Below the pieces are notes generated by a model, which worked only from the letters and a program-made list of their open reading frames with translations, was not told where the DNA came from and ran no database searches. A stretch of 64,000 nt of DNA. Source: Squalus acanthias (Eukaryota). Below are positions 46,414-59,890 of the stretch, in pieces. The stretch spans positions 6,636,001-6,700,000 of the forward strand of contig JASTWF010000033.1 in assembly GCA_030390025.1 (NCBI GenBank). Direction: 5' to 3'. A program made the translations under genes and the position numbers. The stretch's first letter is position 1. Each line of letters starts with the position of its first letter.

Positions 46414-49400
46414 AAAAGTGTGGAAGAGCTATAGTGATAGGGGACTCAATTGTAAGGGGAATAGATAGGCGTTTCTGCGTTCGCCAACGAGACTCCAGGA
46501 TGGTGTGTTGCCTCCCTGTTGCAAGGTTCAAGTACGTCTCAGAGCGGCTACAGAACATTCTGGAGGGGGAGGGCGAACAGCCAGTTGTCGTGGTGCACAC
46601 AGGCATCAACGATATAGGTAAAAAAACGGGATGAGGTCCTAAAAGCTGAATATATGGAGTTAGGAGGTAAATTAAAAAATAGGACCTCAAAGGTAGTAAT
46701 CTCAGGATTGCTACCAGTGCCACGTGCTAGTCAGAGTAGAAATAGGAGGATATTTCAAATGAATACGTGGCTAGAGGAATGGTGCAAGGGGGAGGGATTC
46801 AAATTCCTTGGACATTGGAAAAGGTTCTGGGGGAGGTGGGACCAGTACAAGCGGGACGGTCTGCACCTGGGCAGGGCCGGGACCGATGTTCTGGGGGGAG
46901 CGTTTGCTAGTGCTGTTGGGGAGGGTTTAAAGTAAAGTGAAGGGGGTTGGGAACCTGAGCAGGGAGACAGAGGACAGGGAAAAAAGGATAAAAGCAAAAG
47001 ACAGATAGGAGAAAAACAAAAGAAGAAGGCAAAGAACTCATTGGTTTAAATCAAACATGATCACAGTCAATAACAATTCATATACGTCTGAGAGCGTTAA
47101 CAAAATAAGCCTGAAGGCTTTGGGGTAAAAATTCACTTGGTTGCGCCTCCCGTTAGCGCCTTAAGAGGGCGCTAATGGGGCGTTAAGCCGCTAAAGCCCG
47201 GGCGCAGCGCTGTTTGCGCCGCTCGAGAACTTAACTTGAGATTGTGCGGCGGCGCTAAAACTTACCGCTGCGACCACCTGCGCGCGCAGATTGTGACGTC
47301 ATTCCATGGTGCAACGCCCTTGGGGCGCCCCGTAGCGGAAATTGAGTGGCGCCCCCTGCCTTACCGCCTGGCGCTTCCAACGACCGGAAGACTGGAACGT
47401 TATCAATTGCTGTGGGGCTGGGGGGGGGCGCTATTTAAAGGGGGCCTCTTCCTGTCTTTTATTGTTGGTGGCATTTTTGAACTACGCATTCTGAGAGAGA
47501 GAGGGAGAGACTTCTGGAGAGATTCAACGTTGTGTGAAGGAGTTTTGGGTACTGAGCAGCACTTTGCAGGTTCATTTTGATTTGCCATTCCTTGTATCGA
47601 TTTAGCAGAGACCGTGGGAGCTGCACTCTGAGCTCTTTGCCTGGTGCTCTCCATTGTTCTTTCCAGCACATTTGATGTACAGGTCTCTCCAGGCCGAGAT
47701 TCAAGGCAGCAATGAACAGGATGTGGATGGAAAGCAAGATTAACCATCCCCTTTAAGAACTGGCCCGTGCCATTGTGTGTGTGTTCCATTGCTGACTGAC
47801 ATTACATGAGCTTCGCCAGCGCTCCGAGTTAGCGCCTCACTGCTCGGCCTTTGCGCCTTAAGAGAGGTATGCAGCGCCTGCTTTAGCGCTCCACTCACCT
47901 CCCGGGGCGGTAAAAGTGAAGTTTCCCGTCAGTGCCGATAATTAGCGCCAGGCGCTAATATTTGCGTCCGGACGATATTTGCGCCCCAAATGGGGCGCGA
48001 CCTAATTTCTACCCCTTTGTGTCTTAATGCTAGGAGCATTCGGAACAAGGTGGATGTATTAGCTGTGCAAGTAGAGGTAAATGAATCCGATTTGATTGGG
48101 ATTACAGAAACATGGCCCCAGGGTGGCCAAGGCTGGGAACTCAACATCTAGGGGTATTCAATATTTAGGAAATATAGGCAAAAAAGTAAGGGAGGTGGCT
48201 TAGCATTGCTGGTTAAAGAGGGGATTAACACAATTGAAAGGAAGGATATTAGCTCTGATGATGTGGAATCTGTATGGGTAGAACTGAGAAATAACAAGAG
48301 CCAGAAAACGTTATTGGGAGTGGTATATAGACCTCCAAACAGTAATACCGAGGTTGGGGATGGCATTAAAATGGAAATTAGAGAAGCATGCAGTCAGGGC
48401 ACAGCAGTCATCATGGGTGACTTTAATTTACATATAAATTGTACTAACCAAATCAGTAAAAATACTGTGGAGGAGGAATTCCTAGAATGTTTACGGGATG
48501 GTTTTCTGGAACAATATGTCGATGAACCAACCAGAGATCAGGCCTTCTCAGACTGGGTATTATGTAACGAGAAAGGATTAATTAGCAATCTTGTTGTACG
48601 AGGCCCCTTGGGTCAGAGTGATCATAATATGATAGAATTCTTCATTAGGATGGAGAGTGAAGTAGTTGAATCAGAGACCAGGGTCCAGAATTTAAATAAT
48701 GGAAACTACAATTGTATGAGGCGCGAATTGAGTAGGATTGATTGGGGAATGTCACTCAAAGGGTTGACGGTGGATAGGCAATGGCAAACATTCAAAGACT
48801 GCATGGATGAACTACAGAATTTGTTCATCCCAGTGTGGCATAAGAATAAAACAAAAAGGGTGACTCAACCGTGGCTAACAAGGGAAATTAGGGATAGCAT
48901 AAGATCCAAGGAGAGGGCATATACATTGGCCAGAAAAAGCGGTAACCCTGAGGATTGGGTGCAGTTTAGGATTCAACAAAGGAGGACAATGGGATTAATT
49001 AAGAAGGGGAAAATAGAATATGAAAGTAAGCTTGCAGGGAACATAAAAACTGACTGTAAGAGCTTTTATAGATATCTGAAGAGAAAAAGATTAGTGAAAT
49101 CAAGTGTAGGTCCCTTGCAGTCAGAAGCGGGGGAAGATATAATGGGGAACAAAGTAATGGCAGATCAATTAAATGCATATTTTGGTTCTGTCTTCACAAA
49201 GGAGGACACAACTCACCTCCCAGAGACGTTGGAGAACATATAGTCTGATGAAAGGGAGGAACTGAAATAAATCAGTATTTGCAGGGAAATGGTGCAAGGG
49301 AAATTGACGGGATTGAAGACCGATAAATCCCCAGGGCCTGATAATCTACATCCTAGGGTACTTAAGGAAGTGGCCCTAGAAATAGTAGATGCATTGCTGA

Positions 49401-50899
49401 TCATCTTCCAACATTCGATGGAATCTTGAACTGTACCCATGGATTGGAGGGTAGCTAATGTTACCCCACTATTCAAAAAGCGTGGTCGAGAGAAAGTGGG
49501 GAACTACAGACCGGTAAGCCTGACATCGGTAGTGGGGAAAATGAAGGAGTCCATTATAAAAGATGCAATAGCTGAGCACTTGAAAAACAGTGACAAGATC
49601 GGACAAAGTCAACATGGATTTACAAAAGGTAAATCGTGCTTGACTAATCTACTGGAATTTTTTGAGGATGTACCTGGGATAATAGATAAGGGAGAACCAG
49701 TAGATGTGGTGTATTTGGCTTTCGATAAGGTCCCGCATAAGAGATTAGCGTGTAAAGTTAAGGCACATGGGATTGGGGGAAGCAATTGTCTTGGATAGAG
49801 AACAGGTTGGCGGACAGAAAGCAAAAAGTAGGAATGAATGGGTCTTTTTCCGAGTGGCAAGCAGTGACTAGTGGGGTACCGCAGCGATTGGTCCTTGGAC
49901 CCCAGCTATTTACAATATACATTAATGATTTAGATATTGGAACTAAATGTAATATCTCCAAGTTTGCAGATGACACAAAGCTGGGTGGGAGTGAGTGCTG
50001 CGAGGAGGATACCGAGAAACTCCAGGATGATTTGGACATGTTGGGTGAGTGGGCAGATGCGTGGCAGATGCAACATAACGTGGATAAATGCGAGTTTATC
50101 CACTTTGTTGTCAAAAACAGAAAGGCAGAATATTAACTGAATGGCAATAGATTGGTAGAAGGGGAAGTGCAACGAGACCTGGGTGTCCTTGTGCACCAGT
50201 CGCTGAAAGTAAGCAAGCAGGTGCAGCAGGCGGTGAAGAAGGCAAATGGTATGTTGGCCTTCATAGCGAAATGGTTTGAGTACAGGAACAGGGATGTCCT
50301 GCTGCAGTTGTACAGGGCCTTGGTGAGACCACACCTTGAGTATTGTGTGCAGTTTTGGTCGCCTTATCTGAGGAAGGATGTTCTTGCCATGGAGGGAGTT
50401 CAGCGAAGATTCACAAGGCTGATACCTGGGATGGCAGGAATGACATATGAGGAGAGATTGGGTCGATTGGGCTTATACTCGCTTGAGTATGGAAGAATGA
50501 GAGGGGATCTCATCGAAACATATAACATTCTGACAGGTCTGGACAAAATAGGTGCAGGAAGAATGTTCCCGATGGTCGGAGAGTCCAGAATTAGTTCTCC
50601 TAATCTAAGGATAAGGGGTAAGCCATTTGGGACAGAAATGAGGAGGAATTTCTTCACCCAGATATTGGTGACCCTATGGAATTCTCTACCACAGAAGGTA
50701 GTTGAGGCCAAGTCATTAAATATATTCAAGAATGAGTTAGATATATTTCTTAAAGCTAAAGGTTTCAAGGGATATGGGGAGAAGGCAAGTACAGGGTACT
50801 GAGTTTGGATTATCAGCCATGATCTCATCGAATGGCGGAGCAGGCTCGAGGGGCCAAATGGCCTACTCCTGCTCCTATCTTCTATGTTTCTATGTTTCT
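46414..50899 (+). mobile_element. Long CR1 copy: ORF1 SGNH-esterase part plus ORF2 (APE-RT), disrupted; same subfamily as 6613-9420
   Basis: ORF1 has VIGDSIVRG, HTGINDI and DGLHLGRAG. ORF2 runs from LKALCLNARSI through ITETW, GDFN, SDHN, QHGF, FADD to the stop at 50802. TTCTATGT tail; ATTA on both flanks (46410-46413 and 50900-50903). Confidence 0.95.
47122..48015. mobile_element. Non-autonomous DNA transposon, PIF/Harbinger-like MITE (894 bp)
   Basis: TIRs GGGGTAAAAATT / AATTTCTACCCC (11/12 match) with a 3-bp TSD TTT. Removing it restores the CR1 frame LKALCLNARSIRNK. GC-rich subterminal regions carry repeated TTAGCGCC. The superfamily call rests only on TIR and TSD length. Confidence 0.85.
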
Positions 50900-51060
50900 A
50901 TTACCTGGTCATTATCGCATTGCTGATGTGCGAGCTTGCTGTTTGCAGATTGACTGCTGCATTTACTACATTACAAAAGTGACTACACTTCAACATCACT
51001 TGATTGGCTGTAAAGCGCTTTGGGTCATCCTGAGTTCGTGACAGGCGCTATATAAATGAA
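50900..51060 (+). mobile_element. 3' part of the Deu-domain SINE that began at 45667
   Basis: ATTACCTGGTCATTATC...GTAAAGCGCTTTGGG...AGGCGCTATATAAATG, with an L2-type tail resembling 26174-26190. Confidence 0.72.
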
Positions 51061-53927
51061 CGCCCAGAATCCTTTATGCTTTATTAACAGCTTTATTAAC
51101 CTTTCCTGCCACTTTCAAAAACTTGTGCACAAACACCCGCAGATCTCTCTGTTCCTGCACCCAATTTATAATTGTAATATTTAGCTTGTGCTGTCTCTCC
51201 TCATTCTTCCTACCAAAATGTATCACCTCACATCTTTCTGCGTTGAATTTAATCTGCCACTTGTCCGCCTATTCCAGTAGCCTGTCTATTTCCTCTTGAA
51301 ATCTATTACCCGCTCCCTCAGTGGTTACTCCACTTCTAAATTTCGCGTCATCTGCTAATTTCGAAAATGTGCCCTTTACCACCAATGTCCAATCATTAAT
51401 GTTTATCAAACCAGCAGTGGTCCTAGTACGGAACCCTGGGGAACACCACGGTATACCTCCCTCCAGTCCAAAAGACAGCGTCTCACCACAACTCTCTGTT
51501 TCTTTCTATAAGCCAATTTTATATCCATGCTGCTACTGCGCCTTTTATCCCATTGGCTGCAATTTTGCTAACAAGCCCAGTATGTGATACTTTATCAAAC
51601 GTCTTTTGAAAGTCCATTAACACAACATCAACCGCACTACCCTCATCCGCCCTTTCTGTTAACTCAACAAAAAACTCAATCAGGTTAGGCAATCATGATG
51701 TGCCCTTAACAAATCTTAGCTGGCTCTCCTTTATTATTCCAGACTTTTCGAATTGGCTGTCAATTTTGGCCGGATTATTGTTTCTAAAAGCTTCCGCACC
51801 AACGACATTAAACTGGCTGGTCTGTAATTTAAGGTTTATCCTTCTCCCGTTTCTTGAACATGAATGTACCATTTGCAGTCCTCCCGTTCTTTGGCACCAT
51901 CCCTGTCTGTAAGGAGGATTGAAAGATTGTGGCCAACACCTCCGGAATTTCTACCCTTAATTCCCTCAGCATCCTAGGTTGCATCGCATCCGGATCGGGT
52001 GATGATCCACTTTAATTACCACCAGCCTTTCAAGAACCATCTTGTTATCTTTTTTAATCTCAAATAATCTCCCGACAACCTCCTCATTTACCATAGCTTT
52101 GAGAAAGTCCTCTTCCTTGGTAAACACCGACACAAAGTATTCATTTACTACCTCAGCCATGCCTTCTGCCTTTACCAATAGAGCTCCATTTTGGTCTGTA
52201 AACGTCCCCACTGCTCCACTGACAAACTTTTTACTCTTAATATCCCTATCGAAGACCTTTGGATTGCTCTTTATGTTAGACACCAATCTATTCTCGTACT
52301 GTCTCTTGGTCCCCTTATTTCTTTTTTCACTTCCTCTCTGAACTTTCTATATTCAGCCAGATTCTCACTTATATTAGCAAGCTGACATCTGGCATACGGC
52401 CCTTTTTCTACTTCATCCTACTCTCCAGCAAACTTCACCATCAAAGGAGCTCTCTATTGGTTGCCCTCCCTGTCTTCCTTGTGGTAATTTACCAGGACAA
52501 TACCCGAAACATCGACTATTTACAGGCCGCCCACTGTTCCATTACATTTCTGATTGCAAGACCTTGACAGCAAGTTAACCGGGACAGATCCCTCCTCAAT
52601 TCACTGAAATTGGCTCTCCTCTATTGAAGTATTTTCACTCTTGATTGATCCTTGTCCATCTCCATAACTAAACAAAATCTTCTAATATTAAGATCACTAT
52701 TCCAGAGATGCTCCCCCACTGTGACATTCCCCTGTTGACCCATTTCATTCCCCAGGACTAGATCTAGCAAGGCTTCCGTCCTGATTGAGCAGGAAACATA
52801 CTGATTAAGAAAGATCGACTGGACATATATCAGACATTCCTCATCCTTTCTGCCCTTAATACAATCACTACCCTATTCAATATTGGAGTATGTAATGTCT
52901 CCCATTAACGTTGCTCTATAGTTCATCCACCTCTCAGTAGTTTCCCTGCAATTCTGCTCCTCGATATCAATCCCACTGTTTGACACACAAAAATACACCA
53001 AGTAGCGTATTAGCTCCTCAATTTCTTCTCAACTCCAACCAAATAGATTCTCGCTTTGATCCCTCAAGGACCGCCTCTTTTTCTAGCACTGGAATATTTT
53101 CCTCATTCCTAAATGCGAAATCTCCTCCATTTTTTCTTTTCCTATCTTTACTAAATACATTGTACCCAGTAATATTACGCATCCACTCCTCCCCTTTTTG
53201 AACGAGGTCGCAGTTAACGCCACTACATCATACTCCCACCTGGCTATTTTCGCCAGCAGCTCACCAACCTTACTAACCACACTTTGTGCATTCACACACA
53301 TCCACTCCAAACCTACCTTAGACCTCTTTGTATTTTCTATGGTCGCATCTAATATTGTAATATTTCTAATTCCAACTTTCTCCCGAAGCCCTCTGTTCAG
53401 CTTATTTCTACTTTTTAATACTACAGCTTGATTGCCAACCACCTGCTGAGTTCCAGTACATCCACCCCACAGCAATAGTTACCCTGCCCGCAGGATATTG
53501 GTACCGGCTCAGTTCAGGTACAACATGCCCATCTTGAACAGGATCCTCCTGCCACAGAATTGGTCCAAATGTCGCGGGAATTTAAAGTCCTCCCTCCTGC
53601 GCATGTCTCTAGCCACGCATTAACCTGCCATATCCTCCGATTTCTAGTTTCATTAGCACGTGGCACGGGGAGTAATCCAGGAAGTAATTCCCTCCCGAGT
53701 TCCTTAAATGCTGACTGCAGGGTCTCGATCCTTTTCCTCTGTATTTCGTTGGTTCTGATGTGAACCAGGATTTCTGGCTCTTCCTCATCCCCCCGACGAA
53801 TTTTCTGCACCCTCTCGGTGCTATCTGTTACCGTGGACAAGGGAGGCAAAACCATATGGGTCTCATGTCGGCGGTAGCAGAAATGCCTGTCTGTCCCATT
53901 GACTATAGAATACCCAATTACTAGCTG
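51061..53927 (-). mobile_element. Decayed long CR1 (ORF1 esterase, endonuclease, RT), minus strand
   Basis: Minus-strand remnants VIGYSIVNGTDR, VHIRTNEI, GLLPVPRA, CVNAQSVVSKVGEL, IKSNPKVF and EYFVSVFTKE. Confidence 0.85.
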
Positions 53928-54290
53928 GTACCGATGGATTTGATTGAATGGTTCTTGGTATTGAGGAGCGGATGCTCTTTCAGACAACTGCTACCGATGG
54001 ATTTGATTGAATGGTTCTTGGGATTGAGGGGCGGAAGCTCTTTCAGACAGCTGCTACCGATGTAATTGATTGAATGGTTCTTGGTATTGAGGGGCGGAAG
54101 CTCTTTCAGACAGCTGCTACCGATGGATTTGATTGAATGGTTCTTGGTATTGAGGGGCGGAAGCTCTTTCAGACAGCTGCTACCGATGGATTTGATTGAA
54201 TGGTTCTTGGTATTGAGGGGCGGAAGCTCTTTCTGACAACTGCTACCGATGGATTTGATTGGATGGTTCCAGGGTTTTAGGGGCGGAAAC
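53928..54290. repeat. 63-bp tandem repeat, ~5.7 copies
   Basis: CCGAT unit marker at 53931, 53994, 54057, 54120, 54183 and 54246. Confidence 0.95.
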
Positions 54291-54299
54291 TACAAGGTA

Positions 54300-55440
54300 T
54301 TACACAGTAGTAAAAAAGGATTTGCAGCACAGAAACAGGACTTCCGACTCAACAGGACCAGCCCGTTTTAACTCACCTCATCAACATATCCGTCGATACC
54401 TTTCTCATGGACTTTCCTAACATCCCCTTGACGCCATCTATGCTAATCGCCTCAACTATTCCCAGTGGTAAGGAGGTCCACATTCTAACTAGTCTCGGGG
54501 TATAGACCATGCTCCTGACTTCCCTGTTGGATTTAATAGTGACTGTCTTATATGTGTGGCCCCTAATTCTGGTCTCGACCTCAAGTGGAAACATCGTCTG
54601 TACGTCTCTCAAAAGAACATCGGAACAGCAGTAGGCCATTGAGCCCCTCGAGACTGATCCGCCATTCAATGAGATTCTAGCCGTTCTGTGACCTAACTCC
54701 ATATACACGCTTTTGTTCTATGTTCGTTGATAACTTTGTTTAACAGCAATATATCAATCGCAAGTTTAAACTTAACAATTGACGCAGAAACAACTGCCAT
54801 TTGTGGAAGAGAGTTTCAAACTTCTACCAACCTTTGTGTGTAGAAGTGATTCCTAACTTCACTCTTGAAAGGTCTGGCTCTAATTTTTAGTATATGGCCC
54901 CCAGTCCTAGAATCCTCAACCAGTGGAAACATTTTATTTCTCTGTGCTTTTTCTGTTCCATTTAATATCTTGAAATCTTCCATCAAAATATCCCGTAATC
55001 TGCTAAATCCCAGGGAATGCCACCCTAGTTTGTGTAATCTCTCCTGGTACTGGAACCCTTGGAGTTCAGATATCATTCTAGTAAATCTACACTCACTCAC
55101 TTCAGGCCGATATCTCCTTCCTAAGGTGTGGTGCCCAGAACTGCTCCCAGTGCTCCAGGTGTGGTCTAACCAGGGCTTTGTACAGCTGTAGCATGATCTC
55201 TAACACATTGATTTCTAGTCTTCTAGATATGAAGGCCAACATTCCATTAGCCTTTTCGATTATTTTCTGTACCTGCCCATGATATTTTAGTGATATGTAT
55301 ACATGGACGCCTAAGTCTATTTTGACCTCCACTGCTTTTAGCTTTTCACAGTTTAGAAAATACCCTGTTGTTTCCTTTCTCGGTCCAGATTGGATGACCT
55401 CACACTCGCCTATACTGAAATCCATTTGCCACAGTTTTGC
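54300..55440 (-). mobile_element. Two adjacent old CR1 3' fragments
   Basis: Minus ORFs KANGMLAFISR...LYKALVRPHLE, RFTRMISELQG...FYTQRLVEV and MFPLEVETRIRGH...RMWTSLP. Confidence 0.85.
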
Positions 55441-56349
55441 CGTTTCATCTTTGCCTTGGAACCTATCGCCCTGTTATAAATCCTACGGATTCAGATGTTT
55501 TTTTCCAGCTTTTAAAACTTGTTCTGTCACTTTCAGAGATATGCCTGTGCATTCCTCACACGTGTTGTTAGAAGTGATGATGGAATTTTCAAGGGGATGT
55601 GTTTTAAGCAGATATTTCCGGGTGGAGAAAATAAGTCAGGCTTTGTCTTTGCTCCGCAGAATGATCCAGGTGTAATAGGCAATTGTGTCAGAGGACACCG
55701 AGGCCCGATATGACTTAATGGGATCCAGCCAGGTCTGGTGAATGATGATTAAACGTCGACATTGGAGGTCAGCTCTTGTTTCTGTTTGACGCCCTGTGAT
55801 TGTCCTCTCACTTTCTGAATCAGAGTTCAGATTTGGCCACAGACTCCATATCTCGCTGTTACAAGGCTGCTGACTGCTGGTTCCACACAAGTGGCCACAT
55901 TTGAAGTGTGAACCATTGTGCACATGAACGAAAACGAATCAGCCGCCCTTGTCCACCACGCCCGAAGTCAATGGTGTCGAAGATTGGGCGCGATATAAAA
56001 GGGACATCTAATTAGAAATCGCAATGTGTAAACTTTCGCTCTAAGTTAAAATTATAAACATCATTTTGCTTGAGGGGGAGACAGAAATGGTAAGGACCGT
56101 TAGTATGTTGAAATAATTTCAATCTCTGGGACCAATGATTGAAAGTTTATTTTGAAACATAATTTTTGGGGGAAAATGCGAAGAGGAGATAGTTTGCAAG
56201 ATCAAAACTGAGATTGATATCGTGATTTACAGCAAATTGACGTCACAATGCAAATCACAGAGGCGTCATCGAACAGAAGCGGAAGCTGCAACAAAACTAA
56301 AAGTAAACATTCGGCGGGGCGACTGAACATTTTGCTGGAGGTCCGGGTT

Positions 56350-57540
56350 TTAGGGAGGATCTCAAAGGAGGAAAAGAAGATGGACAGGCGAAAGGTTTAG
56401 GGAGGGAAATCCAGAGCTGGAGGCGTGGGCGGCTGCAGGCAGGGTGGCCAATGCTAGGGCGACAGTGGAGGATGAATAAAGGAGGAGAGATTTGGGTGAT
56501 TGGATCTTAGGGCTGGAGGAGGTAACAGACACAGGGAGCAGCAAAGCAATGATGGACATTTTAAATTTGAGGTGTCGTGTGACAGCACAATTGGGCCAGC
56601 GGGATATTGGAAAAGGGCAGCAGAGGTTTGAATGTGTTCAGGTTTGCAGCGCATGGAGAGTGGCAGCCATGAGGGCTTTGGAATAGCAAGGACTGAAGGT
56701 GGAAAAGGCACAGAAGTGGGTTCAGCAGCAGATGGGCTGAGACAGGGGGACAGCAGGACAATGCTGCAGAAGTGGAAGTAATTGAGACGTTATACTGTCA
56801 CAGGCTCGCCTCGAAATGCAAAAGAACTCGAAACTGTGAACATCCGGGTTCAACCACAGACAGAGGTTGGACAATGGGAGTTGCCTCAGGGGCCAGGGCA
56901 CAGTGTTTGGGACAAGGGGAGAAGACGATGGTCCCGGATTTTCCAATGATTAACGAAGATTTTGCGGTTTATCCAGCGCTGTAAAATCCTCCGATAATCT
57001 GACAGCACAGCGGCAGTGGAGAGATCGAGAGAGGTGGTGGAGACGTAGAGATGGGTGCCGTCAGCGTACTTGTGGAAGATGAATCCTTGCCTCCAGATGA
57101 TGTTGACAAAGGGCAGCATGTAGATGAGGAAGCCGAGACAGCGGAGCATTGATCTGTGGGAGAATCCAGAGCAAACAGTGCGGGGCATGAAATTAAACCC
57201 TTGCTGGAGATACTCTGGCATTGATTTGATAGGTGTCAGTGGAACCAGTCGAGAGCAGTCCAACTGGACTGGACACTGAAGGAGAGGCGTTGGAGGAGGA
57301 AGGTGTGGTTGGCTGTGTCAAAGGCCGCAGACTGGTGGAAGAGGACGAGAGAAACACGGTCAAAGGGGAAGTGAGTTGTAGTCATGGCTCCTTCACTGCT
57401 GTGGCAAGAGCGGAAAACATATTGGAAACATGGAGTTTCTGGAAAAATTGGCACGGAATTGGGAGGTGGCAAAACAGTCAGAATATTTGGTGGGAGAAAA
57501 GAGATTTGAAATGAGGCGGTTGTTTCCAAGACCAGAGCCG
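56350..57540 (-). mobile_element. Decayed L2-clade LINE fragment
   Basis: SAAFDTANHTFLLQRL...TALDWF and FHKYADGTHLYVS are L2-type RT motifs. Confidence 0.75.
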
Positions 57541-57699
57541 GTTCAGGGTGGTTTATTTGATCCTGAGTATTTTATTTTCCAATAATGCTATGAAAACTTG
57601 AAAGTAAAGTGGTGGTGAAGCCGCAGGAATAAATGGTGAATATTGTGAACGCACAGAATCGGTGACCCTGGAAAATCCAATCCGGCCAATTAGCGCCTC

Positions 57700-59020
57700 A
57701 TCAGCCAGCTCTCAATTATCAGCAAGTTGCTGGAAGGTGTCGGCGACAATGCTCTTAAGCGGCATTTACTCACCAATAATCTGATCACCGATGCCTAGTT
57801 TGGGTTCCACCAGTACCACTCGTCTCTAGACCTCATTACAACCTTCGTCTAAACATGGACCAAAGAGCTGAATTCCAGGGGCGGGATAAGAATGACTCTT
57901 CTTCACATCAAGTCAGCATTTGAGCGAGTGTGACATCAAGGAGCCCGAGTAAAATAGATGTCAGTGAGAATCAGGGGTTAATTCTCCACTGGCTGGAGTC
58001 ATACCTAGCATAAAGGAAGATGATTGTGGTTGTTGGTTGTCGGTCATGTCAGGCCCATGGCATCTCTGTAGGAGCTCCTCAGGGCAGTGTCCTAGGCCCG
58101 ACCACCTTAAGATGCTTCATCAATGACCTTCCCTTGATCATAAGATCAGAAGTTCGCTGGTAATTACACCTTTTTCAGTTCCGTTCGCAATTCCTCAAAT
58201 AATGAATCAGTCCATGCCCGCATGTAGCAAGCAGGGGACAACATCTATAGGCTGCTCCGATAATTGGCAAGTAACATTATCGCCAAACAAACGCCCAGCA
58301 ACGATCATCTACAACAGGATAGAGTCCAGCCACCTCCCGTTGTCATCAATGGCAGTGACATCGTCCAATCCCCCACCATCAACATCCTGGGGCTTACCAA
58401 TTACCAAAAACCTAACTGGATCAGACGCCTAAATATTGTGGCTACAAGATCACGTAAGAGGCTGGGTATTCTGCGGCGAGGGTCTCACCTCCTCTTTCCC
58501 CAAAGCCTTATCATCAGCTTCATGGCACAAGTTAGGAGTGTGATGGAATACTCTCAACTTCCCTGGATGAGTGCAGCTCCAACAACTCTCAAGAAGCTCG
58601 ACACCATCCAGGACAAAGCAGCCGCTTGATTTGCACCCCATCCACCACCGGCGCACCGTGGCTGCAGTCTTTACAATCTACAACATGCACTGCAGCAACT
58701 CGCCAAGTCATCTTCGACAGCACCTCCCAAACCCGCGAACTCTAACACATTAAAGGAAAATTGCAGTAGGCGCATGGGAACACCATCAACTCCAAGTTCC
58801 GCTCCAAGTCACACATCATCCTGACTTGGAAATATATTGCAGTTCCTTCAGCGTCTCTGGATCAAAAACCTGTAACTCACTCCCTAACAGCACTGTGGGA
58901 GGCCCATCACCACACGGACTGCAGCGGTTCAAGAAGGCGGCGCAGGCGCTATTAGGGTTGGGCAATAAATGCTGACCTTGCCAACGACGGCCACATCCCA
59001 TGAATGCATTCATTAAAAAT
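57700..59020 (+). mobile_element. Decayed CR1-group LINE of a different family, 3' part
   Basis: PQGSVLGP-like segment at ~58077, then INILGLT...RLGILRR...AQVRSVMEYS...KKLDTIQDKA, and a 3' tail with AATAAA. Confidence 0.8.
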
Positions 59021-59039
59021 ACTCGTTATTTTCTTAAAT

Positions 59040-59890
59040 ACTGTTATTAGATCAACTCTCAATCTTCTATATTCAAGGAAATAAATTTCAAGTCTTTTCA
59101 ATCTGCCCTCAATTTAATTTTTTCAGTCTCAGTATTGTTCTGGTGAATATTCTAAAAGGGCTCTAACCAGAGCTTTATATAATTGTAGCATAACTGCCAC
59201 CCCTTTGTATTCCTGCCCACTTGAGATAATGGCAAACTTTCCTTTACATTTAAAAAAAAATTGTACCTGTCTTTTTGTAGCTTTTAATGATTTCTGTACT
59301 TAGGCGCCTAATTGTTTCTGCTCCTCCATAGTTCCTAGCTTCTCGCAGTTTAGAAAATACTCTGATCTTCCTTCCTTAAATTCAAAAATGGATAACCTCA
59401 CATTGCCCCATATTGAACTCCATCTATCACAGTTTTTCGCACGCTCTTAATCTGACAATGTCCCTTTTTAACTTTATACTCCGATCTACATTATTTACTG
59501 AGCCACCTAATTTATTGTCGTCAGCAAACTTGGATATATGCCTCGCTACTCCTTTAGCTAATTCATTTATCAATATAGTGAAAATCTGAGGTCGCAGTAC
59601 AGATCCCTGGCGGACATCACTAGACACATCGTGCCAATGGAGTACATACCCATAATTCTTAATTTCTGTCTGATAACTTTTGATAAATTAAAAAAACCAT
59701 GATAATAGGCTGCCTCAATTTAAATGTGCCCTCATTTTTATTACCAGTCTCTTCTGTGGAACATTATCGAATGCCTTCTGGAAATTCATCAGTTACATCG
59801 ATGGACACTATCTTGTGAATGACGTTATTTACCTCCTCAAAAAAATCAGCAACGTTCTTTAGACAGGACTTATCCTTTTTAAATCCAAGC
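59040..59890 (-). mobile_element. Old CR1 RT fragment
   Basis: VRQGSVLRPQIFTILIN...ISKFADDNKLGG. Confidence 0.8.

Noticed and set aside
47236..47789. ORFs inside the Harbinger-like element as a transposase
   Set aside because: Short, on both strands, and with no DDE or Myb-like motif recognised.
56238..56320. TGACGTCA (CRE) with nearby CGGAAG and GC-rich motif as a promoter
   Set aside because: Short motifs expected by chance; no linked exon or CpG island.
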